Assembly (NCBI RefSeq): GCF_030028105.1
Contig: NC_092380.1
Span: forward strand, 55,177,717 to 55,241,716
Direction of reading: 5' to 3'
Origin: Mobula birostris
Taxonomy: Eukaryota
DNA length: 64,000 bases
The position numbers and the translations under genes were made by a program. Positions 25,030-37,301 of this stretch are shown here, piece after piece. Positions within the stretch are counted from its first letter, which is position 1. The number at the start of each line of letters is the position of its first letter. The notes under the pieces were generated by a model, which was not told where the DNA came from, did not search any database, and was given only the letters and a program-made list of their open reading frames with translations.

Positions 25030-26419
25030 TTTACTCTGATAAACGTGGTGATATCCTAGTTTGACAATTTGCATATAAAATTGGCAAAACAAGTTCAGAG
25101 CCTATTATATAAGCCATATGATTCTTATTTTAATTTCCATTAAACAGAAGATGGAAAATGCCTGGTTTCCATAATGGTGGGTGATCCTCAATGCCAGTTT
25201 TCCACAATGGTGACAGGTTTAAACTCTACCCCATTTTGCCACATGACAAGGCAGCAGCTCATAAATTGCTGTTAAAGCAAGAACAAAGACAACAGCGCTT
25301 ATGAATGCTAGTGCAAATTCCACAGCAGCTCAGAGCACGGGCAGAGAAGTGATTAAACACAGAACTCTAGAAGCTGCTGTGAAAAATATGCCTCCGGCTT
25401 TTTGAAAGTAACATTTTGCTAACTGCATCCCAAGTCATTTGTGCTGAGTAGTGTGCACTTACTCAGCTTACACAGTATATGTAGAGGTAGCTTGCAATGG
25501 ATTGCCAAATCTCTGTGTACTACTTCTTTATTCACCTGAAAATTTTCTAAAGGGGCAAGAGAGTATTCTCCAAGTGTCATAAAGTCAGACTGCACAGAAA
25601 TAGACTCCTTGGTTTACCATGTCCATGCTAGCCATGAAGTACTCATCTCTACTAATCCCCACTCCATAGTGTTCATCCCTACTACTCAACCTCTCTGGGA
25701 TGCATATTAACAATTATAATTGTGGAGTTATATTTCTTTAAACCAGCATGGAGGACTTTTCATAATTTATAGTTTTTAAAGCTCCTTTTCTCCTCCTCCT
25801 AAACTTTTCCTTACTTCTGTTTCTGCACAAACTCACAACCTCATGTCCAGGAAGAGAAGAACATTCCAGGTGTATATTGAGCCACCATATATGTGATCAT
25901 CTTTGAAGAAAGGAGACAAATCCAATTGCACTGAATGCAGAAGGGATCTACTTGCTTTCTGCTGCAAAGAATGACATTGGCAGATCCTTCTTGTTCTTCC
26001 AAAGAAAGACTCTCTGAATGCAGATTCCAGTCATCCAGCAATACAATGGACAAAACCCTTATTATGCCATATCAAACAGGTTCAGCCACTGTACACAGCC
26101 TTTAGTCGTCACATAGAATCTTTAATCAATCAAAAGGGACTCCTCAAGTTTGGCTCCACTGGAAATCTATCTCCATCTTGCATCTGCAAGCTATGATTTT
26201 AATCAGTTGGTCCACAATAGATCCAGTCTCAGTGCGGACCGATACCAAGCAAAGGATGTGTCATCGCCCAACAATTTTTCTCAGTCCTTCCCACTGCAAC
26301 TGAGGCTGGCTAATGATAAAGCAAAGGTGGTGCTCAACTGCAGTCTCCAGAGGTTATGGCTCACACCTAGTTAGTATTTAGGGTTTTTGTAGGTTTATAA
26401 AAATGATTTTGGGGACAGA

Positions 26420-27212
26420 GGGGGAGGTTGGGGTGAGGTGAGGGACAGGGATGCGGTGAAATTGGAAGACAGACTAGAGTCTAAGTCTAAGTCTAAGCAT
26501 TCGCCCTGTGTTCAAAGCAAAGCAGTAAGGGCACGGTCGGATGTTGGACTGACAGACCAGCGAGGCATTTGGGGTCCTGTCAATGGTAGTTTTGAAGCCT
26601 AGCTTTCAGGATCTCGTGATCAGCAAGTCCAGCATTCAAGGCCTGGAGTTTGGGCCATCAGGGTCCTCATACAGCATCATCTTCAAATCCTGAGTCAGTA
26701 CCGAAGATAGAAGCCTGAAGGTTGATCAGAGGTCTGGATCGAAACCCAAAGGCCATTTGGAGGTCCACAGCAAAGCCCAAAGGCCTATTGAAGGTCCAGA
26801 ATTCGAGGCCTGATGACCTGAGCTCCAAGCCTGCATATCTCTATGAGCCCGCTGCAGAAGCAATGGCCCTGTGTCTGCAAATCCATGTGTCTGCAGCAGG
26901 ATGACGATGGCCTGCCCTGGGGTTGGCGGATCGTGAATGTGCATGGATGGATGGATGTGGTGCAGTTGGGGGGGGGGGGGGTGGTTGCTGTTGCTTTGTT
27001 GCTTGGTATGTATAGTTTTTCTCTGTTCTGTGTTGTCCTATTGAGCATTGTGGGCATGCCATGTTGGCGCCGGACTACGTGGCGACACTTGCAAGCTGCC
27101 CCCGGCGCGTCCATGGGTGGGTTAATTATTTAAGCAAATGACACATTTCACCGTAAGTTTCGATGTACACGTGACAAATAATCTGAATCTGATTCAGATC
27201 TGAGTCTGAATC
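26420..27212 (+). mobile_element. Non-autonomous retroposon with LINE-like tail
   Basis: 3' end gtttcgatgtacacgtgacaaataa followed by (TCTGAA)-like repeats; no coding motif; 5' boundary uncertain. Confidence 0.45.
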
Positions 27213-28764
27213 AATGCTGCACCACAAACAAGCTTCTCCTAAGAATGCAGCCAGTTTTCAAGACCAAAGGTAAACTACACTCTCTGTCTCCAGCCCAGAA
27301 CCAAAGTCACTTGCTGAGCCGCAGCATGCAGGTGACGCTGGCACATGCACGTGTCAGAAGGCCAAGCTCCTTCACTTAATCACATGGGAGAATGGAACTG
27401 AAAGATTGTATTTTAGATGACTATCATCTGCAATGTGTTTTTGCTTTACACACGCAGTGCTGTCTGCGATATGGGTGTGAGGGCTTATTTCTGTCTAGGC
27501 ATGAATGAGGACATTGGGCAGAGAAGAAAAGAACCCTGCACCTGCTGGGAATCTGAATCCACGGGGGATTTTGGAAATGCCCAATGGTCTGGGCAACATC
27601 TGGGGAGGGGAGAGTGGAGGAGGTGGCTGAACATGAGGAGAATGCTACCTGCGCTCAGGGTGGGGGAGAGGGGAATGAGAGCATGTATATGGGAAGTGGA
27701 GCAAACACCCGATCAGAATTATGGCCTGCATTGGGTATTGGATTATTACAAGCAGGAAACTTTGCTCAAATGTTTACACACCATTTGAGAATCATAGTGC
27801 GAGGCAGGCAGACTGTATTCCTATTCTGGCCTGGAACAAAATTCGTTAATCGCACGAAGTGTAATCTCCATTATGTGGCACGCAGAAGCACCGTATCCTG
27901 TGATGGAATTTTTAAGGACCTTCTTGCTGAAGACTGCTATTCAGTGAATATTCACGACATGAGAATTTGTGATGCTCCTACTGTCAGATAGTCATCTCAT
28001 ATATAGAAAGTGCTCATGGACAAATGTAACTCGGGTAATAGCTCCAGTTCTAGGATTTACTGAAATGTGTTCTGGGGGTGGCGAGGGAGAGGGTACAGAG
28101 ATGTAATAATTTACAAAGTGACCTTCCCCTGACAAAAATGGCCTAAGCACGATCTGAAAGGTCACTGTGCACCAGATTTTAAATTAAAAAAACGTGGCCA
28201 TCAATGAGTTTTGGGAAAACAAAACATAAGGAAAAGGGCAAATACGGTAGCTGACTAGAGACGGGCAAGCTGGTGATTGCTAAACCATCCAAGTTAATGA
28301 CATGTTTGGAAGGATCTGTCTCCTAGGAGGCAGTGAAATGAATAGGGCACATTCTAGGCTCATAAATCTCTTGGTCAAGGAGCAGACTGGAACATGGGCA
28401 CCTGTTGATTTGACCAGAAAAACAAATTAGCAGCACTGTGGCTTTACATAAACCCATTGCTTCTGGCGCCTTCTTTACTTTTCTTATCTGTTCTGCAGTG
28501 CCGGGTGCATCGAAGGTACAGGCAGGAGAGCGGTGAGGAGATTAATGTTACTCAGGGGGGATGAGACACCATTGTTATCCTTGTCTGCTGGAGGTACTGC
28601 ATACTCCTTTTTATTACCCTTTTGCACTCCAAAGTAAACTTAAACCTGTGACCCCCTGAAAACTGAAAGCTTAAGGCTGTTAAATTTCCTTGGCAAACTC
28701 TCAATCTAAAGATGATCTCTTTTGTTATTTTCTGCAGGGGTGGGGTGAAGTTACATCAACTTGA

Positions 28765-28920
28765 CTCTTTCTATGCAGCCGTAGTTCTAAAGCGTGTCCT
28801 ATCAAAGTCATAAATAACGTCCGGTGTTCCTGTGAGAATGATAGCCTGTCCTCCTGTGACCTGCCCATGGCCTTTGACATTGTTGACTGCATTATCATCT
28901 TCCAATGTCTCTCCACTGTC
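28765..28920 (+). mobile_element. L2 LINE RT fragment
   Basis: Translates IKVINNV...DLPMAFDIVD, compare L2 KVTNDI...DLSAAFDTVD. Confidence 0.5.
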
Positions 28921-29729
28921 TTTTCCACTGAGGCCAACACATTTGCAGAAGAATGCCTCATATTCCACTGCAGCTTTTCATAGTCTGTGCTGAATTCTTC
29001 AAAGGTAGACCATTCTCTCTGTATCAGAAATGGCCCTTTTTTTCCAGTCTTCCATCTGCGATTTTGGCTCAGATTTCCTCTCTCCTCAAGTACACCTTGA
29101 TCTGCTAGGCATGCTTCAGAGCTTTGCTATTAGCAACTGATATCATGGACGGCTATTGAAGATAAAATGGGAAAAGCAAATTCTTCCACTCTTGGGAAAG
29201 GTGAAGACCAGCAGGGCAGATGGATAGGCAGCTTGTGGTGGGATATGCTCCTAACACAAGATGTCTGTGAATTCCTGATGCATTATCCTTAATATTACCC
29301 TGGATGCCCCTTCCCAACTTTGATCTGCCTGGAGCTACAGTTTCCCAGGAGTTGATGGGGATGCCATCCTTCTTCAGGAAAGACTTGAGCGCAAGAAACT
29401 TTTCCTTTGGATTCCTGAAAGTCACCTTCCTTGACGAAGCCTGGATTTGAGCGTCTGTTTTGGGAGTCTGGTGTCAGCTAACCGGGCCAGCATAACTATC
29501 GGGAATGCTTGCCTGATGTCGGTTCCTTTCCTTCCAGTGAAGTTAGAAGATTATGTGGAAATTGCTATGGTGGCATTTTTCCAGTGTTTAGGATGCCCAC
29601 TGTAGGTAGTTCAGGTGTTAGAATAACACACAATGGCAAGGGTCACTGCTGCCTGGTTGATTGCGAGTTTTGCATCAGCTCTGAGTTGCTAATCCTTAAC
29701 ACAATTTTCCTCCATTGGCCAAAGACTGT

Positions 29730-30602
29730 GCTGGCACATTGAAGGTGATGGGGCTTTTGATGAGGAGTGGTTCAATTATCGATTGCAAAGAGACATTGAT
29801 AGGGTGCAGAAGTGGGCTGAGAAGTGGCAGATGGAGTTCAACCCGGAGAAGTGTGAGGTGGTACACTTTGAAAGGACAAACTCCAAGACAGAGTACAAAG
29901 TAAATGGCAGGATACTTGGTAGTGTGGAGGAGCAGAGGGATCTGGGGGTACATGTCCACAGATCCCTGAAAGTAGCCTCACAGGTGGATAGGGTAGTTAA
30001 GAAAGCTTATGGGGTGTTAGCTTTCATAAATCGAGGAATAGAGTTTAAGAGTCGCGAGGTAATGATACAGCTCTATAAAACTCTGGTTAGGCCACACTTG
30101 GAGTACTGTGTCCATTTCTGGTCGCCTCACTATAGGAAGGATGTGGAAGCATTGGAAAGGGTACAGAGGAGATTTACCAGGATGCTGCCTGGTTTAGAGA
30201 GTATGGATTATGATCAGAGATTAAGGGAGCTAGGGCTTTATTCTTTGGAGAGAAGGAGGATGAGAGGAGACATGATAGAGGTGTACAAGATATTAAGAGG
30301 AATAGATAGAGCGGATAGCCAGTGCCTCTTCCCCAGGGCACCACTGCTCAATACAAGAGGACATGGCTTTAAGGTAAGGGGTGGGAAGTTCAAGGGGGAT
30401 ATTAGAATGTGGTTGGTGTGTGGAATGCACTGCCTGAGTCAGTGGTGGAGGCAAATACACTAGTGAAATTTAAGAGACCACTAGACAGGTATAAGGAAGA
30501 ATTTAGTGTGGGGGGTTATATGGGAGACAGGGTTTGAGGGTCGGCACAACATTGTGGGCCAAAGGGCCTGTACTGTGCTGTACTATTCTATGTTCTATGT
30601 TA
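29730..30602 (+). mobile_element. CR1 LINE 3' part
   Basis: 226 aa ORF with WQMEFNPEKCEV, RPHLEYCVHFWSP, RGDMIEVYKI; tail tattctatgttctatgt. Confidence 0.95.
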
Positions 30603-30659
30603 TTCAAGGTCTCATTTATAAATTTTGTTGCAATGAGATGCATCTGGGGCATGTTGGTA

Positions 30660-30935
30660 GAAGGTGAGGCATAATTTCAAGGTGATTGGAAGAAAATATA
30701 AGGGAAATGTCAGAGGTAAGAGTCTTACACAGAGAACGGTGGGTGCAAGGAATGTCGTCCCAGGTTGGTAGTAGAGGCAGATGCATTAGGATCATTTAAG
30801 AAACTCTTAGGAACATGGGTAGTAGAAAACTGGAGGGCATGCAGGAGGAAAGGGTTAGATTGATCTCAGAATCGGGTAAAAGTTCAGCACAACATCATCG
30901 GCTGTGGTGTGCTGTAGTGTACTATATTCTACAAC
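30660..30935 (+). mobile_element. Older CR1 3' fragment
   Basis: Similar to 17085-17365. Confidence 0.72.
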
Positions 30936-31636
30936 AATGTTTTTGGGGATGTTGAGTGTAAGCCCCATCTTCGCATTTACTTCAGTGAACAAGTCAACTA
31001 TTTCTTGGAGCTGAGTGTCTGAGTATGCACAATGGCAAGAGTCATCTGTTCCCTGCACCTCCAGAACTGAGATGTGGGTGACGTTGGCGTGAGAGTGCAA
31101 TATTATAATTGAGAAAAATGTTGGGGCGTTGACAGAGCCTGGTTTGACACACTAATTTTCACTGATGGGTATTGTGGCACGCATGTCATTGTGGAACAAA
31201 CTAAGATGGGACAGATTTCCGTGGGCAGCAAAATTTGAGAAGCGTGTTCCACAGTCCCTCCGAAAAGATGAAGGCCAAGTGAAAAATACTTCACCGGGGT
31301 ACCGCATCACTACATTGCTTTAGATCACAGAGGCGATGAACCAGTACTAGTGAATAATGAGGGGTCACCAGAGCAATGCATTACATCACAATGGACCACA
31401 AGTACAAAGCTACAAGACTCCTGCTGGTTCAATGCACCTGTGAATCACGGCAGAACATAAATGCTCTTCAGCACTGTGCCAGTGACAGAGATAACATAAT
31501 AACAAAGCTTTCTGGTGTTGAAGGAGCAAGGGAACAAGCATGAGAAACAAATGTAAACCAGATACCAACCTTGTTGGCATCATAAGAGTGCCAATGGTTT
31601 TATTTTCTGAGTCTCACACACAGTTATCTTTATAAG

Positions 31637-33225
31637 CAACATTTCCTCTATTTTTTTTTACAGCTGCACAGACCAACCTTTGCACTGAGCAGGAAATTTT
31701 TACACAGCCTGAAAACTGCACAGCTCTTCTGAAATTTTTTTAGTAATATGCATACTATGAATAGTTGAAGGGTGTAATGAAATTACAGTGCAACAAGGAA
31801 TATCTTTCATGTTTCATGAACTTTTTCTCGTCTGTCTTTATTACAAATCCATTGTCTATGAACACTGTCCAGATTAATTTTGCACCCTGATGAAAGATAA
31901 AGTACATCTAAATCCACATAAGATCATCCAATTGTCCCACTTCTAGTCTGCTTCTGAATTTACATTTGATTGAATTCATAAGACTGAATCCATGTCCGCA
32001 GTCAGCACTAGAAATTTGAAACGTTCCAACAATGTCGACAAGCATTAACAGTTCTTCAAATTCTTTGTTTCTAAGCATGTTTATTGTTACATTTGTAAGT
32101 GTTGTAACTTGAAACAGTCACAATAAAAATAGAAGCTCTAAAATGTTTCAAAGTAGAGGTAGTGAAAATTTTGAAGATTTATGGATTATATTCATTAACA
32201 CAATTAATTACTGGGTATTTCACAATTACACACTCAGACCCTGCATAATGCTACCCAGCATAGTACTGATTCGTCACAATGTGGTTATTCATTACTTTAT
32301 TAAAATGTTTTAAACTGACAAATATTCATTCTAAATAACACTTAAAACTTCTCAAGACAGGCCACCATTTCAGTAAACAGTCAATCAGCCAATGAGAGCA
32401 CTTTACATACGCTCTGAGCCAATCACATATTAGTTCACACTGCCTCTCCCGCGTGTGTAATGTTTTTGCTCCCTCGCCAATTTATTCCATTTGCTTCACC
32501 CATAACGTCTGGAAAATGGCCTGCAACTTCCAGTGAGGGTAGCACATCTAAGATGTCCAGGAAAAGCATTAGCATGGATGTGAAACTATAAAGGATACAG
32601 CGTTTGGATGCTGGTGAGAGTTAGGTTGATGTTTGCGTCTCTTTGAAATTTGCAATGTTCATCGATGATGACCCAGACTGGGAGCGAAGCAATAAGGCAA
32701 AGAGAGGTGATCTCGACATGATTTCCTGCTACCGAGAGCTGCTTTATGAGAGGAAATTTAAGAAAAGGTGATCAAATCTCGACGCCTACTTGAAGAAGAA
32801 ACCAAAGTTAGAGGGACCCACACCTTGGCCCCTCCTCTAAGTCGTAACCACTCCCGCTTTCCTCCACTGCTGCTGCCATGTGTTGCTGCTCCACTGATTT
32901 ACAGGTTAGGCTTGTTTGCATGTTCGTTATTCTACAGATTATTGTGTGTACAGAAAATAATACATCATATATCTCAGGTCTGATTTTTAAAAAATCAGGC
33001 ACACATGTTCATTCATGTAATTATAATGACCCCGCATAGTGCTGATTTACATAGCACTCCGCCTCCAAGGAATGCATCCTCAGCATTAAGTGGGGTCTGA
33101 GTGTAATAACATAGATTTCAAAAATATATTAACAGTGTATAAAAGAAAATTCCAGCTGGGCAGCAACAAAGGCTATATGCGTGGGAGCATTTCGGTTACT
33201 GAGCAGCCACGCATCCGCACAGCTG
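31637..33225 (-). mobile_element. Internally deleted hAT element (same family as 7631-14470), interrupted by Tigger
   Basis: Minus strand MLRNKEFEELLMLVDIVGTFQISSADCGHGFSLMNSIK matches 14003-14190. 32080-32230 and 33105-33225 match 7640-7930. TIR-like caacatttcctcta. Confidence 0.82.
32231..33103 (+). mobile_element. Internally deleted Tigger/pogo element
   Basis: TIRs cactcagaccctgcataatgct and agcattaagtggggtctgagtg-TA; N-terminal RKSISMDVKL*RIQRLDAGE fused to C-terminal DDDPDWERSNKAKRG...CYRELLYERK. Confidence 0.8.
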
Positions 33226-33304
33226 AGTGTTTGTAGGGTTGTGATTAGACAGCAAGGTGGCTCAGCTCTCTTTCCCATCCACTGACAGCTCCACAAACTA
33301 AACA

Positions 33305-33795
33305 AAGAATCAGAATCAGGTTCACTGTCATGACAAGTCATGAAATTTGTTGTTTTCTGGCAGCAGTAGAGTGCAAGCCATCAAAAAATTACTATCATTT
33401 TAAAATAAGAAATAAAATAAATAAATGGTGCTGAAGACGAGTACTGAGGTAGTGTTCATGCGCTCGTGGACCATTCAGATATTTACTGCCAGATCTAAAA
33501 TGCTACAGTAAGTGTGTGATTTCAGGCTCTTATACCTCCTCCCTGATGGTAGTAATGAGAAGAGAGCACGTCCCAGTTAATGGTGGTGAGTGTCATTAAT
33601 GATGGACGCTGCCTTCTTGAGGCACTGCCTTTTGGAGACGTGCTGGAAAGTGTGGGGTGTTGTGGCTATGATGGAGCTGTCTGAGTCTACAACCCTCCAG
33701 AGCTTCTCTTGATCCTGCGCATTGCCAACTCCAAACCAGGCGGTGATGCAACCCGTTGGAATCCGGGAGGTTCATGACAAGCCCTAACTGTCTGC
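33305..33795 (-). mobile_element. Rex1/Babar 3' fragment
   Basis: gaatcagaatcagg reversed tail; ctccctgatggtag (LPSGR) motif. Confidence 0.8.
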
Positions 33796-33806
33796 AGAAC
33801 TTTATA

Positions 33807-34566
33807 CTGTTACATATCCCGTGAGCACGATGTAATGGCCTCATGCCATTGGAATGATGTAATGGCCTTGTGATAACGGGGTGATGTGATGTCACGTGAT
33901 GGCATGGTATAAAAAAAGCCCGCCATGGTGACGCAGTTCTCTTTTTTATTTTTAGTGTAACGTTGTTGCCGGCAGTTTCGCCAATCGCTGCCAGTTTTTG
34001 TTTGTTGCACATTTGTTTTACTTTTGCAGTCTAGTATTGGAGAGTGAAGACATTAGCAGAGTTATCCGAGCAAAGGATTGGGTAAAGTTGATGTCGTTCA
34101 GCTTCTTGGGAATGAGCGACCGTTTTCATCTTTGTTCGGGAATGTAGCACGCACATTTGAGTACAACGCCTGCAAGATTGGGAAGGTTTGTGCAGCGACC
34201 ATCCTCCAGTCAAAAGGTCAGTTCCTTTATATCTTAGTGATTCCTTCAGACAAGGCATCTCTGGGCTGAGATCGACAGATTCATCATTACTTCGAAGAAA
34301 TCGTTGTTTCAGGGAAGTCTCTCCTTAATGACTGTATAAATCACATGGACTTTTGAATTTACCACTTTAAGTCTGTGCTTAGATGCGAAATCATTAAGAA
34401 CAGTTTATAAGTTTAACTGTTTGTTCGATATGGTCGCCTAACTTTAACTTCTGGTTAAGTTAGTCCTTCGTTTACTTTTCGATGTTTTGAGCAAAGGTTA
34501 ATAAATATCGTTGTTTGTTTATAAACCCTGACTCATTTCATATCCATTGCTGCTGGACACGTGACA
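33807..34566 (+). mobile_element. Solo LTR, 760 bp
   Basis: TGTTAC...GTGACA termini; 4 bp TSD ATAC; TATAAAA at 33908; AATAAA at ~34500; CpG retained. Confidence 0.72.
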
Positions 34567-36616
34567 ATACCCTGGGCTACAAATGTCGTTTTGCTTAAAT
34601 GGCAACATTCTCTGAGGAAAGACTTGCCTCGCATTGTTTCAGGAAACCAGTTAACTTAAACTTGAACAGAAAGATGGACAGCAAATGAGGTAAAGAAAAA
34701 CAAATTAAAGGAGGCTTTATACTTGATCCTAACATTGCCAACTTCGGAATGAATGAGGTGAGGAGGGGTGAGTTACTACGCTTATAAAGCTGCAGGTGGT
34801 AACCAGAAAAGAAATTAAGAAGAGTTGAAACCCTGGATATCGCGGTATCACTTCTGTCAATAATCTAATAAGGTATAATGCACCATGAAGTGCGTGAAGA
34901 GGTAGGTATGCATTGATAAAGCAGATACCATGTTGTTTATAGTAAGCTACATATTCGCAAATCTTTAAAATATCTGTTGCATTGCCTGTGATTTCAATAG
35001 GTTTGCTATCCAGCCTATTATTAATAACTCATCAGAATAGATAAAGCAAAGGAGCAGATAAGTGAAAATATCAACAGAATCATTTTCATAATAGAAATGA
35101 ATTAAAGTGGAACTCCACTTGGAAACATCTCTTCAAAGTCATGGAAAATGCTTGCTGCCTGATACTCTTAATGGAAGGCATTTGGAAAATAGAATGGCAG
35201 AAAATTAAGGTGGAGAAGATGGTCATTGTTAAATAGTTAGTAGGGGAGAGGAAAAGGATTCTAGAAATATATTGAATACTGAAGATTTATTTATACATCA
35301 AAGACTTGTCATTGCATTTTACGCAATGTTATCTGGGTTATCTGAAAATGAATACTGAGCAGACATGTTTACCATGTTCAGGGGAAAATAAAGATGTAAG
35401 CTATCTTCTGGGAACACTTGCATACTGATGTATATAATAATGAAGCAACATCCATTATTAACTTGGCTTTGAGGCAAAGTTAACAGTTATCATCAGCTGA
35501 CTATAACAGGGTCAGAACACTTCTAATTACTTATGCACATACAGCTAGTGTATGAACTGTGAATGAAAGCAGTCCCGAAAACAGGGGCTAAGCAAATGTT
35601 TCAATTGGTTTGGCAGGAAATTAAGGCGAAACTGTGAAAAAAACAAGTAAAATTTTGACATGAAGGCACTCAACAGTAGGTTAAGTATACAAAGCCACAG
35701 TATATATGCATCACGAGATGGCAGTTTATTTGCAAAACTGAACACTTAACGAAATTTACAGACATTAAGTCTTTAAGCTCCTGTTACAGACTGACTGTCT
35801 GTGACATTGTTACAAAGCAGACACATATGAGCCGCCTGTCCAATCAAGAGCATAGTGTGAACACATAATTAAAGACAGCAAGAACAGCACATCAGTGCTT
35901 TGTACTACACCAAACACCCCCCCCCCACCTCTACTTGTTAAAGGAAAGGTTATTTTTTCTATCCTTTGAATATCGGTGCTCTGATTTTTGCCTGAGCATT
36001 CACTGTAATGTCCTCATTGACTGCACTTGGTGTGCAGACATTGCAACAGAACATCAGGGAAGGCATTCTGCTTATAAACTCTCTGTATGTCCCTTTAAGG
36101 TTTCAAAAGCCTGACTTCAATATGCACAGCGAACAAGAGTCTGGCAGGATAAATTTGCCTTTTGCTGCAAGGTTACAGCATCCTCTGCTACCTGGGAACT
36201 TGATTTAAGATTGCATTTCTGACTTGTGAAAGAAAATAGGAATAAACATCTGACAGGAACAAAACTCTGCTGTAACCTGCGGAGGACATGTGTTTGATTG
36301 TAGCGCAAAAGAAGGATTGCCCATCCATCTTTGAATTCTGAGTACATTCAGTTATTTAGGACATAACATTGCCAGTGATGATGAACAATCTGTTATTATC
36401 ATAGGAGCAATGTGCCATGTAAACACTGATATAATTTCTTCCATGCAAACACTTTTTTAAATGCTTTCTTCTCAATGTGTGCACAGCTGTACGTGCTCCT
36501 CTTGCATATAATCCACCACGTGGTTTATTGCCTGATGGTTTAGAATGAGTTGGCAAGAAATCAGCTGGGCAAAAGGCCTATTTCCATGTTGTATCCCTCT
36601 ATATGGTAACTTAAAG

Positions 36617-37301
36617 CAGACATCCCACCCTGCAAAAACTCATTCCAGGGAGGTAGCACACCTGCCTCCCCGAAACCACATATCTGCTCCCCCGCCCCAC
36701 CCCACCCCCCGCCGGTCGACCTCTAAAGGTGTATGTAATACTTTGTTTAGTGATTTTGTCTAATCTGTAAGCCAAGTTGGGTATATGCAGAAAATGTGAC
36801 ATTAAAATATGTACTTACATTATATTATCATGTTTATTCTATTACAACTTTAAGCAAGTCTACAGGGAGTTCGGCCTCATCACGTAGGACATCAATTGAG
36901 TAGTTCCTTAGCAGCTAGTCAGCTAGTTTAAATAACGTTAGCTACGCTAATGAATGAATGACACCTGTTAAACTCACCTCAACATGTCTTTTACATTTTA
37001 ACCTACCATGGGCAATAGAAAAGTCACTGTTGCAAACAGTGCAGCAGGCAACACTGTCGTTATTTTTGAGGTTGACTGTAAAGCCCTCCCACAGAGAAAA
37101 CTGATAGGTCTACTTAGCACGAAGAGAGACTATTCAGGATGCTCCCTCCACTCTCGCTCTTCCTCTTCCTCGCCCTCTCCCTCTCCCTCTCCCTCTCAAA
37201 AAATACGATTTCCAGGATATTGTATATAATTTGCGGGCGTCACGGAGTGGCCATCAATATGCAGGAGACTCCCAGAACTTCCGGCAGAGGTGGGATGTCT
37301 G
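36617..37301. mobile_element. Non-autonomous TIR DNA transposon, hAT-like
   Basis: TIR cagacatcccacc and ggtgggatgtctg; flanked by TTAAAG on both sides. Confidence 0.75.

Larger units (their letters stand above)
29150..31200 (-). mobile_element. RTE LINE remnant interrupted by two CR1 fragments
   Basis: EVQGTDDSCHCAYSDTQLQEIVDLF...MGLTLNI (decayed YADD region) and LKKDGIPINSWETVAPGRSK (RTE C-terminus). Confidence 0.72.
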
